A DNA stretch of 32,000 nt. It comes from Opitutales bacterium. Lineage in GTDB: Bacteria > Verrucomicrobiota > Verrucomicrobiia > Opitutales > PNEW01. Made by a program: the position numbers and the translations under genes. Position 1 is the stretch's first letter. Each line of letters starts with the position of its first letter. The stretch lies in the NCBI GenBank assembly GCA_965219535.1, contig CBDCNV010000002.1, forward strand, positions 930,001-962,000, written 5' to 3'. Under the pieces are notes generated by a model. That model did no database searches. It saw only the letters and a program-made list of their open reading frames with translations, and was not told the DNA's origin. Shown here piece by piece: positions 8,521 to 16,111 of this stretch.

Positions 8521-9024
8521 CTATGTAACTAACTTGAAACGTCTAATCCTTTGACCTTTAAACTTCTGCCCATACTTTCCGTCATTTATTATACTTTCAA
8601 TTTCATTGAATCCATTTTTTTCCAGTACTCGGCATGAAGCTGGATTGCCTTCCCAGCATAGGCTGAATACTGTAGTCATTTCTAATTCCTTAATCGCATA
8701 TTTGACTGCTAAGCTCACAGCCTTGGTCATAATTCCCCTGCCCCAAAAGGGAACACCGAGCCAGTAATCAACCAGAATAGTTCGCTTTTGGAAGTCGGGT
8801 TCATTTAATCCGATAACGCCCACAAAATTTCCATTGAGTAAGATCGCTGAGGGAAATCGCTTCTTCTTCTGTCTGTCTTCAATCCCCTGTTTGACGAACC
8901 TCTCACCACCATTTTCCGGGTAGGGATGCGGGACGTTACATGTCCGTGCAAGCTGTTCGTCAGAAGCATAGCGCTGTACAGCTTCTGCATCACCACTCTC
9001 GATTGGTCTGATAGATACATCCAT
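8521..9024 (-). CDS. GNAT family N-acetyltransferase (RimJ/RimL-like, Acetyltransf_3 type)
   Basis: The track ORF is 8521-9069. I prefer the internal ATG at 9024 (MDVSIRPIESGDAEAV...), because the 15 codons upstream (MLCRCCREQYVGGNT) look non-native. Supporting motifs are WGRGIMTKAV and RVLEKNGF. Confidence 0.8.
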   Translation of the reverse strand: MDVSIRPIESGDAEAVQRYASDEQLARTCNVPHPYPENGGERFVKQGIEDRQKKKRFPSAILLNGNFVGVIGLNEPDFQKRTILVDYWLGVPFWGRGIMTKAVSLAVKYAIKELEMTTVFSLCWEGNPASCRVLEKNGFNEIESIINDGKYGQKFKGQRIRRFKLVT

Positions 9025-9091
9025 TGTGTTCCCCCCAACATATTGCTCACGACAACACCTGCACAACACAAATAGAAGGGATAGCGCTGAG

Positions 9092-9514
9092 CTACCGCAA
9101 CTTTTTCTTCAAGAAATGCTTAGTCACCCGGTCTGGAAAACCGGAAACCACACCCATGGTTTCGTATCCAAATTTAGAATAAAACTCTGGAGCTTGAAAA
9201 CTGTAAGTATTAGTAACGATGTTATGACATCCTTTATCGTCAGCTATCCGTTCCAGCTCCATGAGCAATTTGGATCCTAGACCTTTGCCCTGTTCATTTT
9301 TATCTACCCATAGATATTCCAATTCGAGACCAGCACCCCAGAGCCAGGCGACAATACCTGCAATGATCGAGCCATCGTCATTTTTTATCGTCAACACGAT
9401 ATTTTCACCATCATCTATTGTTGATTGGGTAATATTCCAGTTCCCGAGGTTTTTTCTTATTGTGGAAATAGTTTTATCAACAGCCTCGGTCTCCCTGTGA
9501 ATTTGGTAATCCAT
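9092..9514 (-). CDS. GNAT family N-acetyltransferase
   Basis: 140-aa ORF with the motif A VDKNEQGKGLGSKLL and a C-terminal FYSKFGY. Confidence 0.85.
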   Translation of the reverse strand: MDYQIHRETEAVDKTISTIRKNLGNWNITQSTIDDGENIVLTIKNDDGSIIAGIVAWLWGAGLELEYLWVDKNEQGKGLGSKLLMELERIADDKGCHNIVTNTYSFQAPEFYSKFGYETMGVVSGFPDRVTKHFLKKKLR

Positions 9515-9535
9515 ATTTTATGCAACAATGGGTAA

Positions 9536-9940
9536 CTAACGTCTTAGCCAGTTGCCGACGACTTTGGCGAAACCAATATTATCACGCGTATAGCCTAAAC
9601 TTGTGTAAAACTCAGCGGCGGAATCGGTGAAAAGATAAATATGCTGTCCATCGAGTTCCCGTTCTATCAGGCTCATGAGTTTTGTCGCAACACCCTTATG
9701 GCGAAAATCAGATTGCGTCCAGACATCGACGACATAGGCATTGCAGACCCTATCAGATAAGGCGCGTGCTTTACCGATCACTCTGTTCCCAGACCAGGCA
9801 AAGGCAACGGCCTGGCTGTTCTGAAAAGACAGCTCCAGTTCTTCAGCGGTTCTCCCATTGTTGAAATTGTCTTTTACAAGGTCAGCCACTAGATCATCCC
9901 AAGTTACATCATCGACGGTGGTGGTGTACTTAATTTTCAT
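9536..9940 (-). CDS. GNAT family N-acetyltransferase
   Basis: 134-aa ORF with the motif A DFRHKGVATKLM and a C-terminal FYTSLGY. Confidence 0.85.
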   Translation of the reverse strand: MKIKYTTTVDDVTWDDLVADLVKDNFNNGRTAEELELSFQNSQAVAFAWSGNRVIGKARALSDRVCNAYVVDVWTQSDFRHKGVATKLMSLIERELDGQHIYLFTDSAAEFYTSLGYTRDNIGFAKVVGNWLRR

Positions 9941-9975
9941 TAGAATTTGAAAACATATAGGGTAGGGTATTGATA

Positions 9976-10749
9976 TTAAGTCTTCTCATATTCTAATAAT
10001 TTAAAAGTTCTTTCCATTTTGTAACCTAATTTACGCGCCAAAGCGACTGAGGCCGTATTCTTTTTACCCGTACTCCATCGGGTCTTAAAACCTTTTTCAA
10101 CACATTGTGTAATTAAATAAGCCATTGTTGTGTAAGCATAACCCAACTTCCTGTAATTTTCGTGAGTGATGCCACCAATTTCAGCGTGGCCCGCTCCCCA
10201 GAACGGTACATAAGCCTCTACTACTATTTCTGTCCCTTTCATAAGACAATAGCCAAGGCCATTGCTTAAAAAATTATCAATCGTACCACAGAAATCAATA
10301 ATATGGTCATGCCACAGACAGTGTTTAATAAGTTCACGGTCAATACGGTGAATATTGCAATTAATGGGAACATTTTGTGATACCAATTTTAAGTGCTCAA
10401 ATTCATGGGCGAGATCAAAAAATTCCATTACTTCTATTTCCCCGGATGAAGAGGGCGGTGGTTTTAATTCTCCAAATCCCTGGGATGGCCAGTATAAATT
10501 GATTTCCGTTCGCTTACTAAGAAATGATACACCCTCATTGAGAGACTCCTGATCAAATTTACCTCCAATACAGACCGCGTCATCATGGGGCAACAAGGCC
10601 AATGCCCGTCGAGGATTTTTGGCATTATCGACATAAATATTACCAGGATTTCTTCCCTCAAGGATTGAAAAGATCCTTGGGTTATTCGGGATTGTTTTTT
10701 CGAAGAGCGCGCGGATTTTAGAGAGTTGTTCAGGAGGTAGATCAATCAT
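9976..10749 (-). CDS. Two-domain GNAT acetyltransferase (resembles the PF12746 'GNAT_acetyltran' type)
   Basis: 257-aa ORF. The C-terminal half has EIGGITHENYRKLGYAYTTMAYLI and SVALARKLGY (GNAT motifs A/B). The N-terminal domain is unassigned. Confidence 0.7.
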   Translation of the reverse strand: MIDLPPEQLSKIRALFEKTIPNNPRIFSILEGRNPGNIYVDNAKNPRRALALLPHDDAVCIGGKFDQESLNEGVSFLSKRTEINLYWPSQGFGELKPPPSSSGEIEVMEFFDLAHEFEHLKLVSQNVPINCNIHRIDRELIKHCLWHDHIIDFCGTIDNFLSNGLGYCLMKGTEIVVEAYVPFWGAGHAEIGGITHENYRKLGYAYTTMAYLITQCVEKGFKTRWSTGKKNTASVALARKLGYKMERTFKLLEYEKT

Positions 10750-10796
10750 GTGAGTATTGTTCAGGATGCATTGTCCCTTTAGAATTCACGAATAAA

Positions 10797-12092
10797 TTAA
10801 TCGATAGTTTCTCTCTCCGTGCCCATCGCCCGTACCACGGGAGTTAGCGCAAAGATTATCATAATGACGATAAGGAGGCTACCTGATCCAACAAATAATA
10901 ATTTAGTATTAATTGCGACCACGGCTCCTGCAATTACCTGTGAAATGGGTTGCACCCCAAAATTCGCAAGCGATAGCAAACTCATAATTCGCCCCATCAT
11001 TTCTTTTGGTGTGCGCCTTTGCACCCATGAATGAAAGGAGATATAGGCATAGGCATCTATTGTCCCCATCATCAAGGCTATGATTGCTGCCATGGAAGTT
11101 GAATATACATTGTAAAGCAAAATCAATCCAACGCCATGCATGCAAATGAGCAGGGCTAAGATTGAACCGAGCCAGCGCGGCCCAGGTCGTGGTATTACAC
11201 CCGCAAGGAGAGCACCTAATAACCCGCCACCCCCTAAAGCTGACATGATAATGCCAAATGCTGTTGACCCTTGAGAAAAGCGTGTATCAGCGAGGAAAGG
11301 TACACCAATTATCAAGGGACCGGTAAAGAGAAGGCAGAGAGCTATGATAATAAAAAACCAGGCACGTAAGGTAACGTCTCTCCACATGGTGACAAAACCT
11401 GCCTTAATCGATGACCACACATTTTTATCTTCTTCAGAGTTTCCCCGGACAATTTTGAATTTCATCATCCAAAGCGTTATTACTGAAATCAGAATCATTA
11501 TTCCCTGGATAATAAAAGAGAATCCAAGACCCTGAGCATCCGGCAATACAGCGGATTGATTACTGGTTTGCGTAATACTATTTCCAAAATAACTAATCGT
11601 AATGCCCGCCAATGCAGGACCTATTAATTGGCATACTGATGAAGTTCCCATGATTACCGAGTTAGCCGATTGAATAAGTTCAGACTCAACGATGAATGGG
11701 ACAATCGCTGAGCGCGCGGGTATAACGAAAGCACTCGTTAATCCGACGCAAAATGCAAAAACATAAATCATCCAAAGTTCAACCACTTGCGTAAGCACGA
11801 GTATCGACATTAATAAGACTAAAAACAGTCGAATGCTATCAGCTATAATCATGACAAATCGCGGTGAAGAGCGGTCGACTAACGCACCTCCAATTAATAT
11901 AAATAAAGCACGAGGGATTCCCCATACAGCGAGGACGGTACCCATAGCAAAGGCATCGCCCGTTAATTTCAGCACCAGCCAGGGTAGAGTTATTATATCA
12001 AAGGCGCTCCCTAATTGCGTCGCACCTTGACCGATCCAAAGTAAACGAAACACTCGCTTACGAAGCATTTCTAAAATCAATGATATTTTCAT
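10797..12092 (-). CDS. MFS transporter (efflux-type, EntS/macrolide-exporter-like)
   Basis: 431-aa ORF that is hydrophobic throughout, with about 12 predicted TM stretches. The loop 2-3 motif is GALVDRSSPR (the MFS D-R-x-x-R-like motif). Confidence 0.85.
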   Translation of the reverse strand: MKISLILEMLRKRVFRLLWIGQGATQLGSAFDIITLPWLVLKLTGDAFAMGTVLAVWGIPRALFILIGGALVDRSSPRFVMIIADSIRLFLVLLMSILVLTQVVELWMIYVFAFCVGLTSAFVIPARSAIVPFIVESELIQSANSVIMGTSSVCQLIGPALAGITISYFGNSITQTSNQSAVLPDAQGLGFSFIIQGIMILISVITLWMMKFKIVRGNSEEDKNVWSSIKAGFVTMWRDVTLRAWFFIIIALCLLFTGPLIIGVPFLADTRFSQGSTAFGIIMSALGGGGLLGALLAGVIPRPGPRWLGSILALLICMHGVGLILLYNVYSTSMAAIIALMMGTIDAYAYISFHSWVQRRTPKEMMGRIMSLLSLANFGVQPISQVIAGAVVAINTKLLFVGSGSLLIVIMIIFALTPVVRAMGTERETID

Positions 12093-12138
12093 TTAAAGAG
12101 GTAGCGATTCAGGCTCTACACGTTTACCACTAATCTAA

Positions 12139-12771
12139 TTAATCGTCCGACATTTCAGCCAGCCTCTGGAAAGCCGTGGGGACAGGACCCTCTTTGAGGT
12201 GCTGCAGGATTACTGCAGCACATTCATCCGGGCTCAGAGACGAGGTGTCAACTTCGAGATCGTAGATGCCCGGAGTATGCACTTCATGTTCCCACTGGTG
12301 AACAATTTCAAGCGGTGGCATGTCTTCAGGAATATTTTTTTCTTTCAGCCACGTATTTCTTCGGCGTTCCCAAACAATAGCGGTAGGGCAGCGAACGCCG
12401 ACGAACAATACGGGCAACCCCACCAGACGCCGTGCGCTAACGTAAAGTATCCCTCGGGGTATAGAATAGGAGTCATGGTGCCCCACGTCGGTAACTACAT
12501 TTAACCCCATTCGACTGTGGTCGGCTATAGATTCATACATCGCTGCGTAAAACAAAACAATCCAGGGTTCAAGGTCCGGGCGCTCACCGCCGGGTCGAAG
12601 ACCTATCCCGGGACTGAATCGCTGAGAGATAAGATTTTTGAATTTATCGACCCCCAGGTTCAACCAGGGGCCTTCAAATTTTTCCATGATTACTGCGGCG
12701 ATACTTGATTTACCCGAACGGGGTACACCATTTAAGATTATAATTTGGCCGTAATCATTTGCTCGTGTCAT
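12139..12771 (-). CDS. Chloramphenicol phosphotransferase-like (CPT family) P-loop kinase
   Basis: 210-aa ORF. IILNGVPRSGKSSIA (Walker A), PWLNLGVD, VLFVGVRC and YDLEVDTS line up with motifs I recall from Streptomyces venezuelae CPT. Confidence 0.85.
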   Translation of the reverse strand: MTRANDYGQIIILNGVPRSGKSSIAAVIMEKFEGPWLNLGVDKFKNLISQRFSPGIGLRPGGERPDLEPWIVLFYAAMYESIADHSRMGLNVVTDVGHHDSYSIPRGILYVSARRLVGLPVLFVGVRCPTAIVWERRRNTWLKEKNIPEDMPPLEIVHQWEHEVHTPGIYDLEVDTSSLSPDECAAVILQHLKEGPVPTAFQRLAEMSDD

Positions 12772-12891
12772 TACACTCCCGGTGTGCTTTTATCAGCCTT
12801 CGCAAGCAGGTTATCATATCGACTTTGATGATTTTAACATCTCGCCACGAGCAGCAATTATAAATATCTGTACTTAGTTAGTTACTCTCCA

Positions 12892-13701
12892 TTAACGAGG
12901 GACCCCTTGCCACCAAACTTCAGTATAGGCGATTTGCAGACCTGCTCGAAGCATATTGCGAAAACTGGGCGTTCCGAAGTCCGCCGCTCCCACGATAAAC
13001 TTGCATCCGATTTCCTCGGCGAGCCTTATGCGTCGATTGATAAGTGCTATATGACAACCCCTGCCTCTTAATGAAGGCCGCGTTTGAGCACTGGACAAAA
13101 GGGCGAACTTATCTTTTTTATAGAGAATACCAGTTGCCGCCGGTTCCCCTTTAAATATTGCATAAAACCAGTGCGTGTTCAGTAAATCGAGGTGAAGGCG
13201 CAAGCGTGGTTTCAAACGTTTCCATGCTTTTTTCGGAGCACCAAATCCTTCAAGTGAAGTTTCTACGGCATATTCCAGATTATTCGAGCTGACACGGTTA
13301 ACTTTTATCCCGGGGGTTGAAGTTAATCGGGCTCGAGAGGGACGGCGAATGAATTTTGTGTGGTAGCCTGCGGGTTGTAATCCATGCTTGATGAGGAATT
13401 TTGAGACTTTTTCTGAAAAATCACGGGGGTTTAAGGTGACCCAATAGGTAGCATTATGACGCTTATAGAAGTTGTTGATTCGAGGAAGACAATCAATGGT
13501 CTCAGTACTGAGCTTGAAGACGTGATTGAAGTGTGGATCTTCTGGATAAAGGGTAGCGATGACATCACCGAATGTCTTGATGCGAATGTTGTAGGGATTG
13601 CCGGGTAGAGACTCGCAGGCCGTTAGATAAGAAACAGATTCTTCGGTGTAGATAGAATCGATCGCCCTAAAGATTTTATCGTTCAAGACTACGGTACTCA
13701 T
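12892..13701 (-). CDS. GNAT-domain protein with an N-terminal extension
   Basis: 269-aa ORF. The C-terminal part has the motif A TRPSLRGRGCHIALI and FRNMLRAGL. Confidence 0.7.
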   Translation of the reverse strand: MSTVVLNDKIFRAIDSIYTEESVSYLTACESLPGNPYNIRIKTFGDVIATLYPEDPHFNHVFKLSTETIDCLPRINNFYKRHNATYWVTLNPRDFSEKVSKFLIKHGLQPAGYHTKFIRRPSRARLTSTPGIKVNRVSSNNLEYAVETSLEGFGAPKKAWKRLKPRLRLHLDLLNTHWFYAIFKGEPAATGILYKKDKFALLSSAQTRPSLRGRGCHIALINRRIRLAEEIGCKFIVGAADFGTPSFRNMLRAGLQIAYTEVWWQGVPR

Positions 13702-13857
13702 AATTCAAAATGGTTTGAAGTGATCAAGGCCTCTCAACTGTCTAGCCTATGCGCTTATCTTGTTGGAAACGTTTTAAATTGCAAAACTATTACCCGCGTG
13801 CATTCAGGGACCGACTTTATTATTCCCATGGACAGTTCGCAATCGACAGTGCCCTTA

Positions 13858-14319
13858 TCACTCACCGTGAATCGCATCACGTATTATCTGTCGAATAACT
13901 TCGCTTTTGCAGTAGTCGGAATTCGCAAGGTCCTCAACGGTACCTTCCTCGGTGGGATCTCCGATCACGGCTAAAGGGTTTGCTCCCTTGGATAAGAGAT
14001 AGCGAACAACTTCAATGTAATTTGCTTGTATTGCTTGACTCAGTGGGGTCCATCTCTGAGAGGTCCACGGTTCATTCAGCACCCAGGGTTCAGCATCTAT
14101 GTGTTCAGTCAGCGAAGCCAAATCTCCCTCTGAGGCATAGTGCTGCGTGCGAAAAATGTCAGCCAGCTTTTCAAATTGAATGTTGTTAGGATTCTCGACC
14201 GTGTACCAGTCATAATTGCAGGAGGCGATCTCCTGCATTTTTTCAAAATCATTGCCAAGGCAAGCTTTTCTAAATTCTCCAAGACGGGGCCAGCGTTTTT
14301 CGTCGAATTCAAAATGCAT
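13858..14319 (-). CDS. Hypothetical protein with one ankyrin-like repeat
   Basis: 153-aa ORF. TPLSQAIQANYIEVVRYLLSKGANP matches the ankyrin consensus. Its start is 4 nt after the stop of the upstream membrane-protein gene. Confidence 0.65.
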   Translation of the reverse strand: MHFEFDEKRWPRLGEFRKACLGNDFEKMQEIASCNYDWYTVENPNNIQFEKLADIFRTQHYASEGDLASLTEHIDAEPWVLNEPWTSQRWTPLSQAIQANYIEVVRYLLSKGANPLAVIGDPTEEGTVEDLANSDYCKSEVIRQIIRDAIHGE

Positions 14320-14323
14320 TTGT

Positions 14324-15007
14324 TTAATCGGTGTTAGAGGCGCTATCTTGTTCAGGGTTTATTTTCGTCACTTTATAGTGTGCACCATCCTTGTCGACAT
14401 ATGTTCCCGCTTCGTTTTTTGATAGGACCAAAATATCAACGACGTTATAGATCCCTTTTCTCATCTTCATTAATATGGGAATCACTAGAGTAAAGAGAAC
14501 GACAACGATAGAGACTACGGCCAGCAATCTATAATAAGCTTCGTTATCAATCTCAGCCCACACTGCACCAACAATCTGAATGGACAGAATTCCAATGCCG
14601 ATAGATGAAGCTTTTTGTGTCCATCTGTGTTTCAAGTCCAGATCAGGTAAAACGAGGAGGAAGGCATGAGCGAGTGCTATGCTCAGCACGATAAATGTTA
14701 TCGCACTTTTCCAGAACACCTCCCCTTCTAATTCGATCCAAACTGCAGCTATCACCAACGCGGCAGAAATAGTCGCACAAATTATTCCAGCGATCCCCAA
14801 CGCACTTCTTTTTCTTTTTTCAATAAATGCCGCGCATGACATCGAGCAAATGCTTGCGGTTGATATGGTAAAAGTTGTCGCGAGGATTTTTACCTGTATG
14901 TCACCGAATTCGCCGATTAAAACGGAAAAAATAGCAACCAAGGCGGTCAGACTCAAGAAGCCGATAAACAACTTCAGGAATACTTTTTTTGCATCTGAAT
15001 AATTCAT
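14324..15007 (-). CDS. Hypothetical integral membrane protein with three 2-TM repeats
   Basis: 227-aa ORF with six hydrophobic segments arranged as three similar units of about 58 aa, followed by a soluble C-terminal tail of about 45 aa. Confidence 0.65.
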   Translation of the reverse strand: MNYSDAKKVFLKLFIGFLSLTALVAIFSVLIGEFGDIQVKILATTFTISTASICSMSCAAFIEKRKRSALGIAGIICATISAALVIAAVWIELEGEVFWKSAITFIVLSIALAHAFLLVLPDLDLKHRWTQKASSIGIGILSIQIVGAVWAEIDNEAYYRLLAVVSIVVVLFTLVIPILMKMRKGIYNVVDILVLSKNEAGTYVDKDGAHYKVTKINPEQDSASNTD

Positions 15008-15140
15008 TTGTTGTAAAATGTAAAAACTCAGCGACGCGACATTCCCACGGAGCTCTAAGTTTTTTCAACATAGCACCAGCGATAGCGCACCGACAACAGG
15101 AAAATTATGAATGTTATTATTTGGCATGCCAAGATTGCCT

Positions 15141-15192
15141 GCGCCCCTCAAGGGCGCAATTTTTTTCCTTTTCCAGGGGTTAACACCCTTGG
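15141..15192 (+). repeat. Dispersed copy of RAYT-array modules D and E
   Basis: GCGCCC-ctcaa-GGGCGC (15141-15157) followed by AATTTTTTT, then CCAGGGG-ttaaca-CCCTTGG (15173-15192). Order and orientation match 6273-6330. Confidence 0.85.
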
Positions 15193-15356
15193 CTATTGGA
15201 AGATGTCGGACTGCGTCCTCGGTAGCCTTCAACCCTCCGGGTTTTAGGAAACGGGAAGTCCAATCTTTGCGTTTTGATTGTGTTGCGCCGCTGGGGCTAA
15301 CGGAACTGGGTTTGAATCTTGTACAATAAAGCTTTGTCCACGTCTTTGTCAATCTT

Positions 15357-15422
15357 GTCATTGCGAGGGAGGCTATCAGCGGACCGCGGCTACCGAGCGC
15401 AGCGACATCTTCCATTCCAGGG
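15357..15422 (+). repeat. About 66-bp 'GTCATTGCGAGG...GCTACCGAGCG...CATTCCAGGG' repeat, copy R1
   Basis: Related copies lie at 15582-15646 (inverted), 24996-25061 and 25085-25124 (inverted, partial). Confidence 0.85.
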
Positions 15423-15581
15423 AGATAGTCATTATGGTTACGACAGAACCTCGCGGCTGCGGGGGCGCAGGTTGTTCGTAGCTGCTATAATACATGAATT
15501 ACTTTTTGTATAATATAGATCGGCAATCGTACTACTGAGTGAAACCTAGCACCCATGGACTGTGATTACGCAACAGACTTT

Positions 15582-15646
15582 CCCCTGGAATGAAAGATGT
15601 CGCGATTCACGCTCGGTAGCTTCGTCGCTTCACTCCTCGCAATGAC
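15582..15646 (-). repeat. Same repeat family, inverted copy R2
   Basis: The reverse complement reads GTCATTGCGAGGAGTGAAGCGACGAAGCTACCGAGCGTGAATCGCGACATCTTTCATTCCAGGGG. Confidence 0.85.
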
Positions 15647-15749
15647 AATTGGGTGAAGGACGAAGACGAAGATGTTAGCTGGAGCCCGCGCTGACTTGGA
15701 TTAACTGGACAGGTAATGAAATAAACTCCCATGAACGTAGAATACGGTC

Positions 15750-15777
15750 TTGACCACCGCTCTCTGATGGTTAGGAT
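15750..15777 (+). promoter_or_regulatory. Sigma70-like promoter candidate, TTGACC-N16-TAGGAT
   Basis: Hexamers at 15750-15755 and 15772-15777. The candidate lies upstream of the SD and sORF at 15820. Confidence 0.35.
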
Positions 15778-15819
15778 GTCTACTTATTTAATCTTTACCT
15801 AAGAAGGGAGGCGGAACCT

Positions 15820-15876
15820 ATGCATGATACAAATTACAGTTTAAATATCTTGATTGCCGCCTCTGCCTATCGTTGA
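15820..15876 (+). CDS. Candidate 18-aa small ORF (MHDTNYSLNILIAASAYR)
   Basis: A GGGAGG SD at 15806-15811 lies 8 nt before the ATG. A promoter-like hexamer pair lies upstream and an intrinsic terminator 30 nt downstream. No homology evidence is available. Confidence 0.25.
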   Translation: MHDTNYSLNILIAASAYR

Positions 15877-15906
15877 GACGTACCGTAAGTCTTTAACCGT
15901 TAATGT

Positions 15907-15939
15907 AGCCGCGGCAATCTAGGAAGTCGCGGTTTTTTT
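15907..15939 (+). terminator. Intrinsic terminator
   Basis: Stem AGCCGCGGC / GTCGCGGTT (7 GC-rich pairs plus wobbles), a 10-nt loop, then TTTTTTT (15933-15939). Confidence 0.6.
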
Positions 15940-16111
15940 CTGTACGGATTACGTGTCAGGTTCTTCAACCGAGCCTACTCCGTGTGTGGAGAAACCTGAT
16001 TCCGTCAACCTGTTAGCTCCATACGGCTTCCATTTAGATTCTTCAGACTCGCAGATCACAATGCCAATTCGAACAACGAATCAGAAAACCACAATCTAAC
16101 CTATCCACATA

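Noticed and set aside
9025-9069. A 15-codon N-terminal extension of the RimJ/L-like GNAT in the track ORF (MLCRCCREQYVGGNT)
   Set aside because: Cys/Arg-rich sequence is atypical for the family. The conserved domain begins at the internal ATG (9024), which follows a G-rich SD-like stretch.
13720-13974. An 84-aa plus-strand ORF in and next to the GNAT/ankyrin gap
   Set aside because: It overlaps the 3' end of the ankyrin-repeat gene and has no motifs or RBS. It is likely spurious.
15141-15165. The module D hairpin plus T-run at 15141 as a functional terminator
   Set aside because: No plus-strand gene ends upstream of it. It lies upstream of a minus-strand gene start, so the terminator-like shape is a property of the repeat rather than evidence of function here.
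15295-15325. GGGTTTGAATC, which resembles a tRNA T-arm/T-loop
   Set aside because: The flanking bases do not form a T-stem (CTGGG versus CTTGT). No acceptor or anticodon arms can be drawn.
15065-15513. Track ORFs 15065-15415(-), 15111-15329(+), 15278-15481(+) and 15319-15513(+). The same applies to 24977-25231(-), 5547-5795(-), 20412-20681(-) and 20578-20892(-).
   Set aside because: They are translations of hairpin repeats or intergenic sequence, overlap each other on both strands and have low-complexity, odd composition. No domain signatures or plausible starts are present.
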